This document shows positions 40,437 to 54,671 of a stretch of 64,000 bases of DNA, piece after piece. The translations under genes were made by a program, and so were the position numbers. Location: assembly GCA_951406725.2 (NCBI GenBank), contig OX597824.1:97340001-97404000 (forward strand). Direction: 5' to 3'. Origin of the DNA: Octopus vulgaris. Taxonomy: Eukaryota. The notes below the pieces were generated by a model. That model was not told the DNA's origin. It saw nothing but the letters and a program-made list of their open reading frames with translations, and ran no database searches. Position 1 is the first letter of the stretch, and each line of letters begins with the position of its first letter.

Positions 40437-40570
40437 ATTCATCTATACATACATACATACATATGTTTATATTTGACACACACGCACAAACACACGTATA
40501 TATATATATATATATATATATCCATTCATCTATACATGCATACATACATATGTTTATATTTGACACACAC

Positions 40571-40600
<30 letters not shown>
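40380..40600. repeat. Tandem duplication of a compound microsatellite unit
   Basis: (ta)n-tccattcatctatacat...atgtttatatttgacacacacg occurs twice. Confidence 0.85.
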
Positions 40601-40603
<3 letters not shown>

Positions 40604-41468
40604 CAAATACATAACATAGATATATATATATTTGTGTATGTGTATATAGGCATGTATTCTTGTATATATGATGAGAATTAGGCGATACTAAGGGGTATAA
40701 ATACAGAAGCACATCCATGTATCAATACAGCCTTACATTCATTTATCCATCCATACGTATATACATGCATCACACACATACACACACCTAAACGTCCATA
40801 GATACACACACACACACATCCATACCACTACACACCAATACAGGTTTCGAAGTGAATCCTCCACTCTAGGTGTCTTCGCTGGTGAACGCTGTCAATGCAT
40901 GGATTTTCTCGTTTTTCCTTATCATTTTCCCCGCTTCACAGATACTACTTTTATTTCTTTTTGCTTATTTAATAATGCTCGGTTCTTCCTTTTTTCTTTA
41001 TTAATTCCATTAGTTATTAAATCCATCAATTTGTTATCTTCTAGCGAGAGAAGTCACCTCGTCTTCTTTTACAATACTTCACAATGAAAGGGTCAAGTTA
41101 ATAATAGTATTTATTTTCGCCAAACACCGTTTTTCATCATTAATCTAATGTCGTTCTGTCTCTCAATATATAAAGCTTAACTAAAATACTCCCGGCTCAC
41201 AGCTACTTCGTTTACCGTTCTTTTCTTTTTTTATTATTTCTTTTTACTTTCCATCCCAAAGATATCTCAAATATTTATTTTCTCTCTGAGCAGAAAATTT
41301 TTTTCATCCATTTATACACACAAGCACTCACGGACCAAATCGCGTACGCACACACACACACACACATAAATATACACATAATATTATGCATATATTTATT
41401 TACGTTGTCACACACACACACACTCACACACTCATTCATACGCACACACTCTCACATGCGTCCGCATT

Positions 41469-41501
<33 letters not shown>

Positions 41502-41689
41502 ATGTATGTTTGTGTACACACATACATGCACATATATATATACATGCATAGATAAATAAATAGATATACAAAGAAACACAAGCACACACACACACACAGA
41601 TATATATATGTAAATATATAAATACATATATATGCTTATATTAACATATACATATATACATGTGTGTGTGTTATGTATTTATATATTAA

Positions 41690-42400
41690 CACATGCATAC
41701 TTACATCATATACATGCAAACACACATACATACGTACATGCACACATACGTACACACATATATACGTACATACACACATACATACGTACATGCACACATA
41801 CATACGTACATACACATACACACGTATATACACACATACGTACATACACGCATACGTACATACACACATACATATGTACATACACACATACATACGTACA
41901 TACACACATACACACGTATATACACACATACGTACATACACGCATACGTACATACACACATACATATGTACATACACACATACATACGTATATACACACA
42001 TACGTACATACACGCATACGTACATACACACATACATATGTACATACACACATACATACGTACATACACATACACACGTATATACACGCATACGTACATA
42101 CACACATACATATGTACATACACACATACATACGTATATACACACATACGTACATACACGCATACGTACATACACACATACATACGTACATACATACATA
42201 CGTACATACACACATACATACGTACATATTCACATATATACGTACATACATGCATACGTACGTACACACATGCATACGTACGTACACACATACACATATA
42301 CATACACAAATACATACACAAATACACTCACTCATACATACACTCACACATTAACTCGCACGTACACACTTATACTCACACACACACACACATACGTATT
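41690..42400. repeat. Compound CATA/CACA/CGTA satellite with higher-order periodicity
   Basis: Recurring block catacgtacatacacgcatacgtacatacacacatacatatgtacatacacacata. Confidence 0.9.
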
Positions 42401-44375
42401 TGCGCTTTTCGCTAATGCATTGAAATATAATTAAATCTTACGTCAACTCGTTCTCGATTTCTCTCTCAACGAACAAAGTCGGTGTTATGCAACTCTTTCC
42501 GTTCTCCGTTCTTTTCCATCAATCTTTCTTGAGTGGTAGCCATAGTTGTTGTTGTCATTACTGTTGTTATTTTGATACTTGTTGTTGTTGTTGTTTTTTG
42601 TTGCTTTTGATTCTCTGCCAACATTGATTAACAAATTTTTGTCTGAAAAGTATTTAAACCTCATCGAAGGCCCTTAACGGTTCCAGAATTTCCTTTTGTT
42701 GTTTTGCACAATATTGTTTGTCAGCTTCTACCCACTACCACCATCGCCACCCGCACCACCCGCACCACCATCACCAGCAATAGCCGTCCAAGAATTTTGA
42801 CCAGGAGATCTCCATTTCCAGCGACTTCGAGGGCCACCTCCCAGTGGTGCCGGGTGTCAACGAAGAGCCCTCGACTACAACAAGACAAGTTTTTTTTTTC
42901 TTCCATAGTCTAGGATCTCCTGCCCCTAAGTCCTAAACCATCACCTAATCACCCTTACCCGTCTTGTTGCTTAACAACGACTACAACAATCACCAGCAAT
43001 AACTTAATGTGCCAAATGGGGCTCGAACAGCCTACCCACTCTCGATCCATGTTCCCATTCCATTAAAATCTACTTCAATCTGCCATGCATCTCCTAATAT
43101 AAGGCATCTTCTGTCCAAAGACTAGGTATTAATGTGAGAGGAATCTCCAATATACCACCAATATTTTCTCTTAATTTTGCATTCTTTCAAGATGTAACAT
43201 ACAGCAGCCAACTTCTTGGAAATAAATTATTTGCCCTCAAGGGTGGTTTTTGCAAACTTCTCTCAGTAGTCCGTAGAACTCCACAATGTTCGGTAATTGA
43301 TGCATACACGGAATGATTTACCATTTGAAATCAATGCAAAGTTTTGCATATCCGAAAAAATATAGGAGCTTTCGATTGATTGATTTTGCTGTGTCAATCG
43401 GATAGATCACTATGGTAACTGGTAGCTGGAACCGGGTGAAAGAAGGATGTCAAATATTGTTAACACTGACGCAACTTTCCTAGGCACCATTATGATTTGG
43501 ATCTTTCTGACAGTGAAACTGGAGGAAGATTTGGTTCGATTTGTCTATGATTATTTAGCATCACACTACGGAAATGAACAATGGATGTATTCAAGCGATT
43601 TAACAATAACAAATAATGAGGTCGATCAACTAAACAATGGTGTAATGAAGATTAGACGCGACGGCAGGAGAAAATAAAGTTGATTTCTATTTCACAGAAT
43701 GAGTTTGACTTCATGAAATACAAGTGGTCTATCTTGTCAGATCACCAAAATCAAGACGGGTGCTGCAGTAATATTTCTCTAAAACTTAGATCAAGGAAAT
43801 GGCCACTACGAAGGTCTCCAAAGTTTCTAGCGAGTAGATAGTAACCCAACCAGCCAGAAATGGCAGAAACGTTTCTCCTAGATCACACTGTATTATTTTC
43901 ATAAAAGGACACGTTCAATAAGGTAGGATTAAATACAATGTAACTCTGCGAAATGGCAAATTCTCTAAAGCGGCGGATTTAAAAAGAATTCGGTATTCGT
44001 ATTGCCATTCTTCTCACTTACTCTCTCTCTCTCTCTCTCTCTGCCCTTCGGTCTCAACCTCCAATTTAAAGGCCAATTCTTGTTATACTGCATCACGTCA
44101 ATTCCGCCTCAGAATCACGTTAATACACACGTATCTGCGGAATATTCAGCCACATGCATGAGAATTTTACGACTCAGTCGAATACATGAATGATGACTTT
44201 CACCACTGACGGGGAATCTACAAGATATGTTCGGCAAAATATGGTATCTTCAGAGACGGATTCCTTGAGAGGTGTACTCGGTTAGGGCTTAATAAAACAA
44301 AAGACAATTCCAACGGTAAGTCCAAGACCACTAATTCTGGGTCGGGGTTATATCGACTCACGTCTTTGGATGGTA

Positions 44376-44490
44376 CAGTAATCATTCGAATATCGCGGGT
44401 TTTACGTTCCAAAACCTCTGCGATAAGTGAAAATCCGCGAAGTAGAAACAGTACGGTATTATATATATTTAATTATTTTTATGATTTATA
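44376..44490 (+). mobile_element. Left half of the pogo-like MITE
   Basis: TA|CAGTAATCATTCG...atcgcgggttttacgttccaaaac, homologous to 10155-10270. Confidence 0.75.
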
Positions 44491-44496
44491 TATATA

Positions 44497-44847
44497 GGCG
44501 CAGGCGTGGCTGTGTGGTAAGTAGCTTGCTTACCAATCACATGGTTCCGGCCTCAGTCCCACTGATTGGCACCTTGAGCAAGTGTCTTCTAATATAGCCT
44601 CGGGCCGACCAAAGCCTTGTGAGTGGATTTGATAGACGGAAACTGAAAGAAGTCCGTCGTATAAATAAATATATATGTGTGTGTGTCTGTGTCTGTGTTT
44701 GTCCCCCCACTCCCACAATCACTTGACAACCGATGCTGGTGTGTTTACGTCCCCGTAACTTAGCGGTTCGGCAAAGAGACCGATAGAATAAGTACTAGGC
44801 TTACAAAGAATAAGTTCTGGGGTCGATTTGTTCAAGTAAAGGCGGTG
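44497..44847 (+). mobile_element. SINE family A, 3'-truncated
   Basis: High similarity to 38390-38750. Confidence 0.9.
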
Positions 44848-46678
44848 ATTTTGTTAGACGCTCCGGTTTCTAATCATCCAGTTTTCTGTACAACAATAAT
44901 CATAATCCTTACTATTATAGGCGTCAAGTCTGAAATTTGAGGATGAATGGTGTTCGCCTACATCGACCCCAGTATTCAACTGGTATTTAAGTCCTCGACC
45001 TCGAAAGGATGAAAGACAAAGACGACCTCGGCGGAAATTGTAAGTGCGGAAGAAATGTCTCTAAGCATCCAGCGCATCACGACCTTAATATGGTTTCAAA
45101 TTTCTGCACAAGGCCAGCACTTATGAGGGTAATGGTGAGTCGGTGCCATGGATGCCAGTCTGTAGAGGTAGGAACTCTGATGGTGATCCGGGTGGAATTT
45201 AGGCTGAAGACTTAATGAGCCAGAAGAACTACCGCCTCACATTTCATCCAACGCTCTTGTTGGTGCTGATCCTTAATAATTGCTTCTAACACGGGAAGAA
45301 TGGCCGAAAATTTGATGAGGGTAGAATTGGTCGATTGTCAGGAGTTGACTGGTAGTTTCATTCATCAACATCAGAAAAGTAGAAGGCGAAGATGATCGCA
45401 GCCGAATTTGAACTCAGAACGTAAACAGCTGGAACGAATACCGTTGCGTTTTTTTTTCAACGCGCTAATCATTCTGCCAACTCAACGTTTTGGAAGAATA
45501 GCATAAACAGCAACGACTACTACTGCCACCACCACCACTACTACTACTACTACTTATGCCGCTGCAGTCACTAAAATAGCATTACGCGCCAAGTAAACAG
45601 TTTTAGAATTCCGCAAAGTCAATCAAACTACGAGAGCAGAATGGACAGTAAAAGTGAGTGAAGTAGGTTTTTCCCTGGTGATGGCTATTTTAGCAGCAAA
45701 CTTTCCAAGCACTTCATTCCTCAACGCTAATGGTAAATGGCGTTTACATATAGGACAACACTGTATCAATTATTTCGAAATAATTCATCATCTTACTTTA
45801 ATCTCGTCAATGAGCATACTGTTGTTGTTACTGTTGCGGTTGTTTTTGTTGTTGTTGTTGTTTGCATTCAGATGAATCCTGGTCGAGCCAAACTCTAATA
45901 AAAGATATTCCGACTATGACCTATCCGCCTATGTTCAAAATATATAATCTCATATGTCTCTCGTCACTTTTAGAAAATTTTAGGAGTTTCAGGGAGATCT
46001 GGTTGCTGTTTCTAGCAGATCATGTGCCTGTGTAGCGGTTACACAATACACATAGTATCGGCGACAAAACCTGAATAAAATCGCCGTCGACATATTAATA
46101 ACTGTTCGAATGGATTCCGCCATACTAATTCCTCTTTTGTTATTGAATTCTTGTTCTTTTCCTTCCCTTGCGATATTCGTTCAATGTCCTCCGAATAACA
46201 GTGATTATGTTCTTCTACCCAACGGCTATATTTGTATCGTTAAAGATTATACCACTGAAAGCAGGGCAGAATCTGTTGACTAAATTCTTTGATGGATAAG
46301 CAATAAAAACCTGAATATATATTGGTCATAATAGAGTACAGCGCCGGATATCGATGGTTTGCTTGGAGGGGTGGAGAGAATAAAGCATGGCCGGTTAATG
46401 GGAAATTTCTGTAGGATATGAAGAAAGGTGTGAAGCAAGAGGAGAGGAGGAGGGGAGGAAGGGTTGGAGGAGAGAAAGAAAGGAAATGGTTTTTATAAAA
46501 TAACGTGGTCAGGCAACGCATTAATATAAAAGAGCAAAGACAATGTAATGTTCGGAATATTTCCATTAGAGAAAAATAAACGCTGCTTTAAATGACCATT
46601 TTAACAGAAGGCAAGAAAAGAAATGGAAACAATACACACATATATTGTGGTATTTGTATATTACTCCCCACTCTCTCT

Positions 46679-46760
<82 letters not shown>

Positions 46761-47273
46761 TTATATATGTTTATCTATATTTATGTATATATATGTTTAT
46801 ATATATATATATATATACATATACAAATACGTAGATAGATAGATAGGAATGTAGGTATTAGGTAGGTATGTAGTTAAAGCGATATATATATATATATATA
46901 TATATATGTCTGCGTGGGTATAGACATTCATATGTGCACACACATAGATATATATAAACTTATCTGTGCATGTATATGTATGTGTGCATATGTATGGAAG
47001 AGAAAGAGAGAGAGAAATAGAAGACAGGAACGGCTGTAGACTATTACCAAAATATTAGAAAGCCGAGTTTTAGTTGGAATGGTTCTAGGTTTGTCTCTGG
47101 CATCCACTTTATCAAAATAGTTCGCCTCTGGATATTAATAACCTGTGTCCAAACGGCCGCTTAATGTGTTGATAAAAATGAAAATTGACGGCGAGAAATG
47201 TGGACACTAGATGCACATCGATTAACTCTTTCACTTTCTATAAATCAAAGAAAGTCGTCAGTATTGTTATATT

Positions 47274-47321
<48 letters not shown>

Positions 47322-47614
47322 GCACACACTCATACGCATATATTATATAGACGGGTATTAATATATTTTGTTTGAACAGCACAACGAAAGAACTTCGGAC
47401 CGATAGACCTGCAGGAATTAATATCTGAATCTCCTACAAATTATACCGTACCCACTTAAATTTATAACATTTCTGTATACAACACTGATGGGATGATCAT
47501 GGATGGAGCGCCTTTTGAAAAGGAGCTGCATTAAAAGAGAAATGACAATGCATTCACGACATTTTGAAAAATGTTATTTATTATTTTTTTTTAAATTAAA
47601 AAGATTCGTTTTCT

Positions 47615-47999
47615 AGGCGGCGGGCTGGCGGATACATTAGCACGCCGACCGAAATGCTTAGCGGTATTTCGTCTGCCGTTACGTTCTGAGTTCAAATTCC
47701 GCCGAGGTCGAATTTGCCTTTCATCCTTTCGGGGTCGATAAATTAAGTACCAGTTACGCACTGGAGTTCGATATAATCGACTTAATCCGTTTGTCTGTCC
47801 TTGTTTGTACCCTCTGTGTTTAGCCTCTTTTGGGTAGTAAAGAAATAGGTATTTCGTCTGCCGTTACGTTCTGAGTTCAAATTCCGCCGAGCTCGACTTT
47901 GCCTCTCATAAATTAAGTACCAGTTGCGTACTGAGGTCGAGCTAATCTACTGGCCGCCTCCCCAAAATTTTGGGCTTTGTGCCTAAAGTAGAAAAGAAT
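47615..47999 (+). mobile_element. Dimeric SINE family B, full length
   Basis: Head + domain + tail 1, junction aaagaaataggtatttcgtctgccg (~47840-47862), second domain + tail 2 ending agtagaaaagaat. Confidence 0.9.
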
Positions 48000-48504
48000 A
48001 AACACATCTGTTAGGGACTTAAGTTGGGAGTTCTGAAACTGCAAACCTCACCAATTCTTAGTTTTAATTGCAACTTGGAATATGATTCGTATTTAAGTCA
48101 GTGTTTAAACCATCGGAAAATGTAAAAGACAAACAAGGAATCGGAAATGATATTCTATGAAGTTACGTGACAAAGGAACACATTCAGAAATGTGTTTCTA
48201 ATTTGTCAATCACTAATATCAATAATGACCTTAATGATTCTGATATCATATTTCCACGAAGGTCGGCCATCAGCTGGCTTACCAAGTGGTAACAATACAA
48301 GCTGATGGAATTCACAAGCTCACAACTGTGAGTGTGTGTACTAGCACACACACACACAGCTATATATTTATATATACATTTTTAAAGTTATGTGTGTGTC
48401 TATATGTATGTATGTATGTATATATGTATGTAAATATATATATATATATATATATTTACACATACATAGGCATATACATACATATTATGTATGTATGTAT
48501 ATAC

Positions 48505-48546
<42 letters not shown>

Positions 48547-48853
48547 ATGCACACATACATAGACATATACATACACATTGTGTATGTAGTATAAGTATGT
48601 ATGTAATCTATCTATCTATATATGTATGTATGTATGCTTACGCGCTCACAGAAACGTGTCGTCTGTAGAAGTAGAGAATGATGACCCTACTACGCTTCCA
48701 TCTTGTGTGTTGTGCTCTCTTTCGCCTTTCATAATTTTACGCTTTCATTGTTTCAATTGTAATCAGATATGGAGTGATTAATATTAGAATTGATTGGTAA
48801 TTAAGTATTCAGTGCACACGCACATACACATATGCACGCACTCACAAACACAG

Positions 48854-48908
<55 letters not shown>

Positions 48909-49289
48909 CACACGTCGATGCTCTATTCTCTTCTGAGTCGTTTACAGCTTTCTTACAACAGTAAAACTTCTAGATTCAACGACGTTTTTACAGTATTCTT
49001 CAATCGGTTCTGCTGGAAGATGATGATGATGATGGAGCTGGTTGGTGTGGTGATTGTCGTTGTTGTTGCTGTTGCTTAATCCCATCTCAGGTCCACAGTC
49101 GTGTAGATCTTTGTTCAACACTTATTTCCAATGATCCTGAATGCACATTAAGTTTCTCGTTTGGCCTGTACTTTTATGTCTGGAATGAGTAATGTTTTTG
49201 TTTCAATATAAAGCCTAGCTTTATATTCTTATATTAGTGGGGCAGAGATAAGAATACCTCTGTAAAGAATGACAATAACCAGGTACAAC

Positions 49290-49845
49290 AATCCATACGA
49301 CAGAACAGAAACAGGGTTATGAAGAACATTCACCGGTAATATAGCTTTGATTGAAAGCCTTAATTACTGGGGACGTCTGAAAGCTTTTCATCTCTATTCT
49401 CTTGAACACTGAAGAGAGGAATATACTCTCATATATGAGTGGAAAATCCTAGATGGGCATGTTCGAAACTTCGAGGTTAGAGGGCATTGTAATGCACGAA
49501 GTGGTAGATAATGTCAGCCTCCAAATATACCATCTTCGAAATCACGAGCAAAAACATTCTATTGTACGAGTCTGATATTTCGAGGTCTTCAACTTTGGGA
49601 ATGTCTGCATAAAGAAACCAGAAGTATAAAAAGGGTCTCTACTGAAACATTTAAGAAACCATCGGATAAACCATTAGCGACGGTACCAGACCAGCCAAGA
49701 GTTCAGGGATAGAATCAGCGAAGATCGGTTGCTATAAATTCAATCATACACTAACTTCCAGCCATAAAGTTACAAGAAAACGGAAAGAAAATAAGGGCAG
49801 TGCTCTTGCATGGCTGCATTCCTACGACTGAAGCCATTAAAAGAA
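49290..49845 (+). mobile_element. CR1-group LINE 3' end, degraded
   Basis: IESLNYWGRLKAFHLYSLEH*REEYTLIYEWKILDGHV...FRGLQLWECL...TFKK...TVPDQP, typical of the CR1-group ORF2 C-terminus. Confidence 0.8.
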
Positions 49846-50459
49846 TTAGTAAACGATGTATGCAACTCATGGAAGATTCTCCAGAAAGCTAGACGACAAA
49901 TTAGGGAAAAAATCTTGTAGAGCAATAAGTCAAACATCAGTAAAATTATTATATTGGTTCAAATGGCAAAACTACTCGAATCGCTGTGAGAAAACTAGAA
50001 TGAACGGTAACAAGTTCAAACACGGCGGTAACGTCACCACTAACAAAGAATCAATGCTATTACCATAAAATGGTAAAAATAGATGCCAACGTCAATACTT
50101 CGAGCTGATAGTATTGGCAAAGTCAATAAAGTTTTGTGCTTTAATATTACTAAGAAATTGCAAAAAATATTTATTAGAGAAGAAAAGCTTCATAAATATT
50201 AAACAAAACACACTGGAGACTTTTAATTTATGTGTGTGTGTGTGGATATTATAGCTATAAATACATGTGTGTGTATATATTACATGTGCAGAAAATTGTG
50301 AACTCATTCATATGTGTGTGTGTGTGTTTTTGTGTGTGTACGATTGCTTATGTATAAATTTGTTCTGGAAATAGTTATGAAAGCAATCATTTTGTAAAAC
50401 TATAAAAATATATTGTAAGAACAAATTAAGAAATTACCAGTTGACTTACTGATATATAA

Positions 50460-50519
<60 letters not shown>

Positions 50520-52248
50520 TCACATTTATAGATATTTATTATAGATACCCATATTCATGTCAATTAATGTCTATTCTTCAGAAGGAGTTAGTAACATTTT
50601 AACTATCATCATACGACATTTTCTATTAAAACTTTTTTCTTTGTAAATATATTGGAGAAAGAAATTGTGACTTAGAAATGAATAAACTAATTCATTAGAA
50701 AATGGCGTTTCATTTAGGAAAGCAGCAAATATTTTATTTGGTTCATTTAAAACGTTTTTATTTCGCAGACGTCTTGAGTAACAATAATTTAACTGATTTA
50801 TAGCCAGCTGCTTATCTCTTAATTGTCGTCTTTGGATGAAAATATCTACAGAAATTAGCTTCTTTTCTTTCATTTTTTTCTTTCATTTTTTTAAATAACT
50901 ACGACAAGGACATGAAAGTCAGCAACATTACCGCCAACAACAAGATCATCATCATCACCAACATCATCGACATAAACAACAGTAGCAACATCACCATCAT
51001 TAATATTAACATCGTCATCAAAGACAACAGTAACCAACATTAAGACGTCCATCAACAGCACCATCATCATCATCATCATCATCATCATAATCATCAACTA
51101 TTAAATACTTCGAAAATTTTAATTAATTTGCAAAAAAGGAAAGAGCGCTTTTGTAAATAGTTGATATCTTTTTTCCGCTTGTATAGATTCGTACTTACTT
51201 TAAATGCGAATTCATGAAACCATTTCAATGTTGGGTAGATTGTATCATGGTATTTGTTTTGGAATTTCTCACTCCGAGTTCAAATCCCACTTAGCTCAAT
51301 TTTACCTTTCATCATTTCGATACAAAAATACAAATCCTTGATGATTGATTGATAGAATTGTCAGAGGACCAGTTTTGGTATCTGCTGCGAATCTTTGTCT
51401 TTTGATAACAACGCATGGGATGACACTGGTGCTAAGTTGCCTCGGTCAAATTCAGTGGCTGTTTCAGTGGAGGAGGAAGGAAGACTTGCTTGGATGGACA
51501 GTGGTCAATTTTCCTTGAAATGTGTCCAGTAAATCAACACCTATTTTTAATTCGATGCTTTACCGATTTCACTAATACCCCAATATTAAATAAGATTTCT
51601 AATATTGTCACAAGGAAAGGTATGTAAGAAAAAATTTTCGATTAAATTAATAACAGTAATTGATCAATACTTTATTCTATTGATCCCGAAATGACAATTG
51701 CTACGATTTCAACTGAAACTGTTAAAAATAATCGAGTACCCAAAGTTTGCAGAATAATGGGCGAATAATAATAATCATTAGTTATTTTTTTAAAGATTTA
51801 AATTTTCAGTATAAAAGACACTTCCTGAGATATCACAGAATAAAACTGACGTCATTTTAATAACAGAAAGGACAACAGCGAACGGATCTCTATCAGTGTC
51901 GACGATGTGTGTTCAGTCGTTCGGTTAACCAAAAATAAATTCACATTGAATTACTATCTTCTCGGCTGGACAATTCCAGTGACACGTCTAACTTAAACTT
52001 GATAATCAAGCCTCATCAACATGACACAGTGTGAGAAACTTTGACATTTAAATTATAGAAACTGTCAATACGATTGACATCTATGTTGTTTCAATCTATC
52101 CACTTTCATTCACAAAGTTTTGTGCAGCCAGAGTCCGTGATAAAACTAACTTAGCCTGGATACCATACAATCGGATCGAACCTGGAGCCATTCGCCAGTG
52201 CCACGTCCGCATCAACAAACATGTCTGTGAATTAATAATTGCCAAAGA

Positions 52249-52433
52249 GGCATGCGTGGCTATGTGGTAAGAATCTTGCTTCCCATCCACGTTTCTGAGT
52301 TCAGTCCTATTGTGTGGCACCTTGGGCAAGTCTTCAGCCATAGCATCGGACCGACCAAAGCCTTGTGAGGAGATTTGGTAGAAAGAAACTGAAAGAAGCC
52401 CGTCTCGTTTATCTATCTATCTTTTTATCTAAA

Positions 52434-52464
<31 letters not shown>

Positions 52465-52588
52465 TTATCTACCTACCTACCTACCTACCTACCTATCTAT
52501 CTATCTATCTATCTACATACCTACCTACCTACCTACCTACCTACCTATCTATCTATCTATCTACATACCTACCTACCTACCTACCTAC

Positions 52589-52646
<58 letters not shown>

Positions 52647-52900
52647 GTGTGCGTGTGTGAGTGAGTGTGTGTGTGTGTGTGTGTGTTTTCCAAGTGTCTG
52701 TGTTTGTCCTCCACCACCGATTCACAACCTGTGTTGGCGTCTCTATCTTCCCGTAACGTAACAGTTCGACAAAAGAACCGATATATTAACTTCCAGGCTT
52801 AAATAAAAACATACTGGCGTTGATTCATTCAACTAACATTTCTCGAAGGCAGTGCCCCAGCATGGCCGTACCTTAATGACTGAAACAGGTAAAAGATAAA
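52249..52900 (+). mobile_element. SINE family A with expanded internal (TCTA)n/(CCTA)n array
   Basis: Head and tail match family A; ~275-bp SSR at 52410-52686 in the usual internal SSR position. Confidence 0.85.
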
Positions 52901-53621
52901 AACTAAGATAATATTACTAAAATAACAATAATGTTCCGCGGGAAGTGAGTTGAAAACGGATTACAATTAATAAGCTCTTAATTAAAAGACATCAAAGTGT
53001 CTAAGAATTACGTTTATTATCTTATGTAGAATCAGCGCAATTGGAATGGTACCAATGTCTTTTGCAAAGACATCTACAAATTACGTAGATGTATAGATAG
53101 AGACACGTTCCAAGAACCAGATTCTGGAATATTTATGCAGGCTTTCCAGATGTAACCGATTCTCTTTAAAATAAGAAAGGCATCACATGTATATCTCAAA
53201 TCATGTTATATAAAGATGATATGAAAAAAAACCTGATAGATTATCGCTCGGAATATACATCGGCACGTCTTAGGTAATGGCAGTATTAAGGTGTGTACAC
53301 AGTGTTAAGTCATTTTCACACATTATTTGCTAATCTCCAATATTTGTTTACAAGTTTGCCAAGATTCGCCGCAAACACCACCCAGAACCCATTCACATAG
53401 TCTTTGTTAGCGGAAAAGAAATTAATGCCAAAACCAACAAGTCTCACAAAATAACAGGTGTGGCATACAAGCACCTTCCCACACGTGTGAAAGATGATGC
53501 TTCGTATACTTCAGGAAGAGAGAGGCGGGCACCCCAGGCGGTGGAGTATGAACTGTTAAAACTAAGATGTCCATGATGAAGATAATGATGATGATGGTGA
53601 TGATGATTACGATGATGATGA

Positions 53622-53673
<52 letters not shown>

Positions 53674-53719
53674 GCTGCTGCTGCTACTGCTGCACCTTAT
53701 AAATCTGCTGAACAGTAGA

Positions 53720-54010
53720 AACTAAAAGCATCACCGTTCTTTGAGACTTTAGTATGTCTGACCACAGATATGTCAATCCCAGCAGACTTCAACGTTTCTG
53801 GAAAATTATTTGAAAAATTAAGGAAATATAAGGAAATTATAAGGGGGTTAACTGTACGTATGATCATCGGAGTTTTGGGGTCAACGGCAAAAGATAGTCT
53901 TAAACACTATCGCCAAATGCCGGGAAATCCCAAAATATCAGAGCTATAAAAAAACAAAAACCTCTGCTCATGGGAACTGCTCAAATCGGAAGGAAATCAT
54001 TCTCGCCTTG
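53720..54010 (+). mobile_element. Degraded R4/Dong-like RLE fragment
   Basis: SIPADFNVSGKLFEKLRKYK...IIGVLGS...MPGNPKISEL...LLMGTAQI. Confidence 0.65.
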
Positions 54011-54191
54011 AAAACATCTGATTCTTTTAAAATAGTATCAAAACTAAAATTTAACAAACTTAACAGAATTTTAGTTCCCAGATTCTTCGTGTACATCATT
54101 GAAAATCATAAATAAGATGCATACGAAAACGCCCAACTTACTGTGACGGGAGACTTCTGCAACAGCTCGTATAAAACAAGGGATACTGCTG

Positions 54192-54274
<83 letters not shown>

Positions 54275-54276
<2 letters not shown>

Positions 54277-54643
54277 CTAAAACAATACCTGTTGTCATAG
54301 GTTCCGTGGGAATGATAGCAAAAGGGGCTGACTGCTTCCTAACTCAGATACCAGGAAACACCAAAATGGCAGACATTCAAAAGATAGTGCTCATGGGAAC
54401 TGTCCATATCCTATGCAAAATACTGTCTATGTCATCTCAAATTTTAAAACAAACTCATAATTTTCACGTTTTCTAGAAGAATACTATGTTCTCTAGAACA
54501 TTCTCTAGAACAATACTATGTCCAAAACGAAAATATATATGACACCCCAGGCATAATACCAACATGAACGTCTAAATTGTCTCTTGAGGTCTCTGGGTGA
54601 GACTTGGAGACAACTTGTACAAATAAAAAGCAAAAGTCAGACA
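54275..54643 (+). mobile_element. R4/Dong-like LINE 3' end between (AAT)n arrays
   Basis: KTIPVVIGSVGMIAKGADCFLTQIPGNTKMADIQKIVLMGTVHILCKILS plus 3' UTR. Confidence 0.8.
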
Positions 54644-54671
54644 TAATAATAATAATAAAAATAATAATAAT

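Noticed and set aside
41632-42434. Six overlapping 190-256 aa ORFs
   Set aside because: Compound CATA/CGTA satellite with no stops in any frame.
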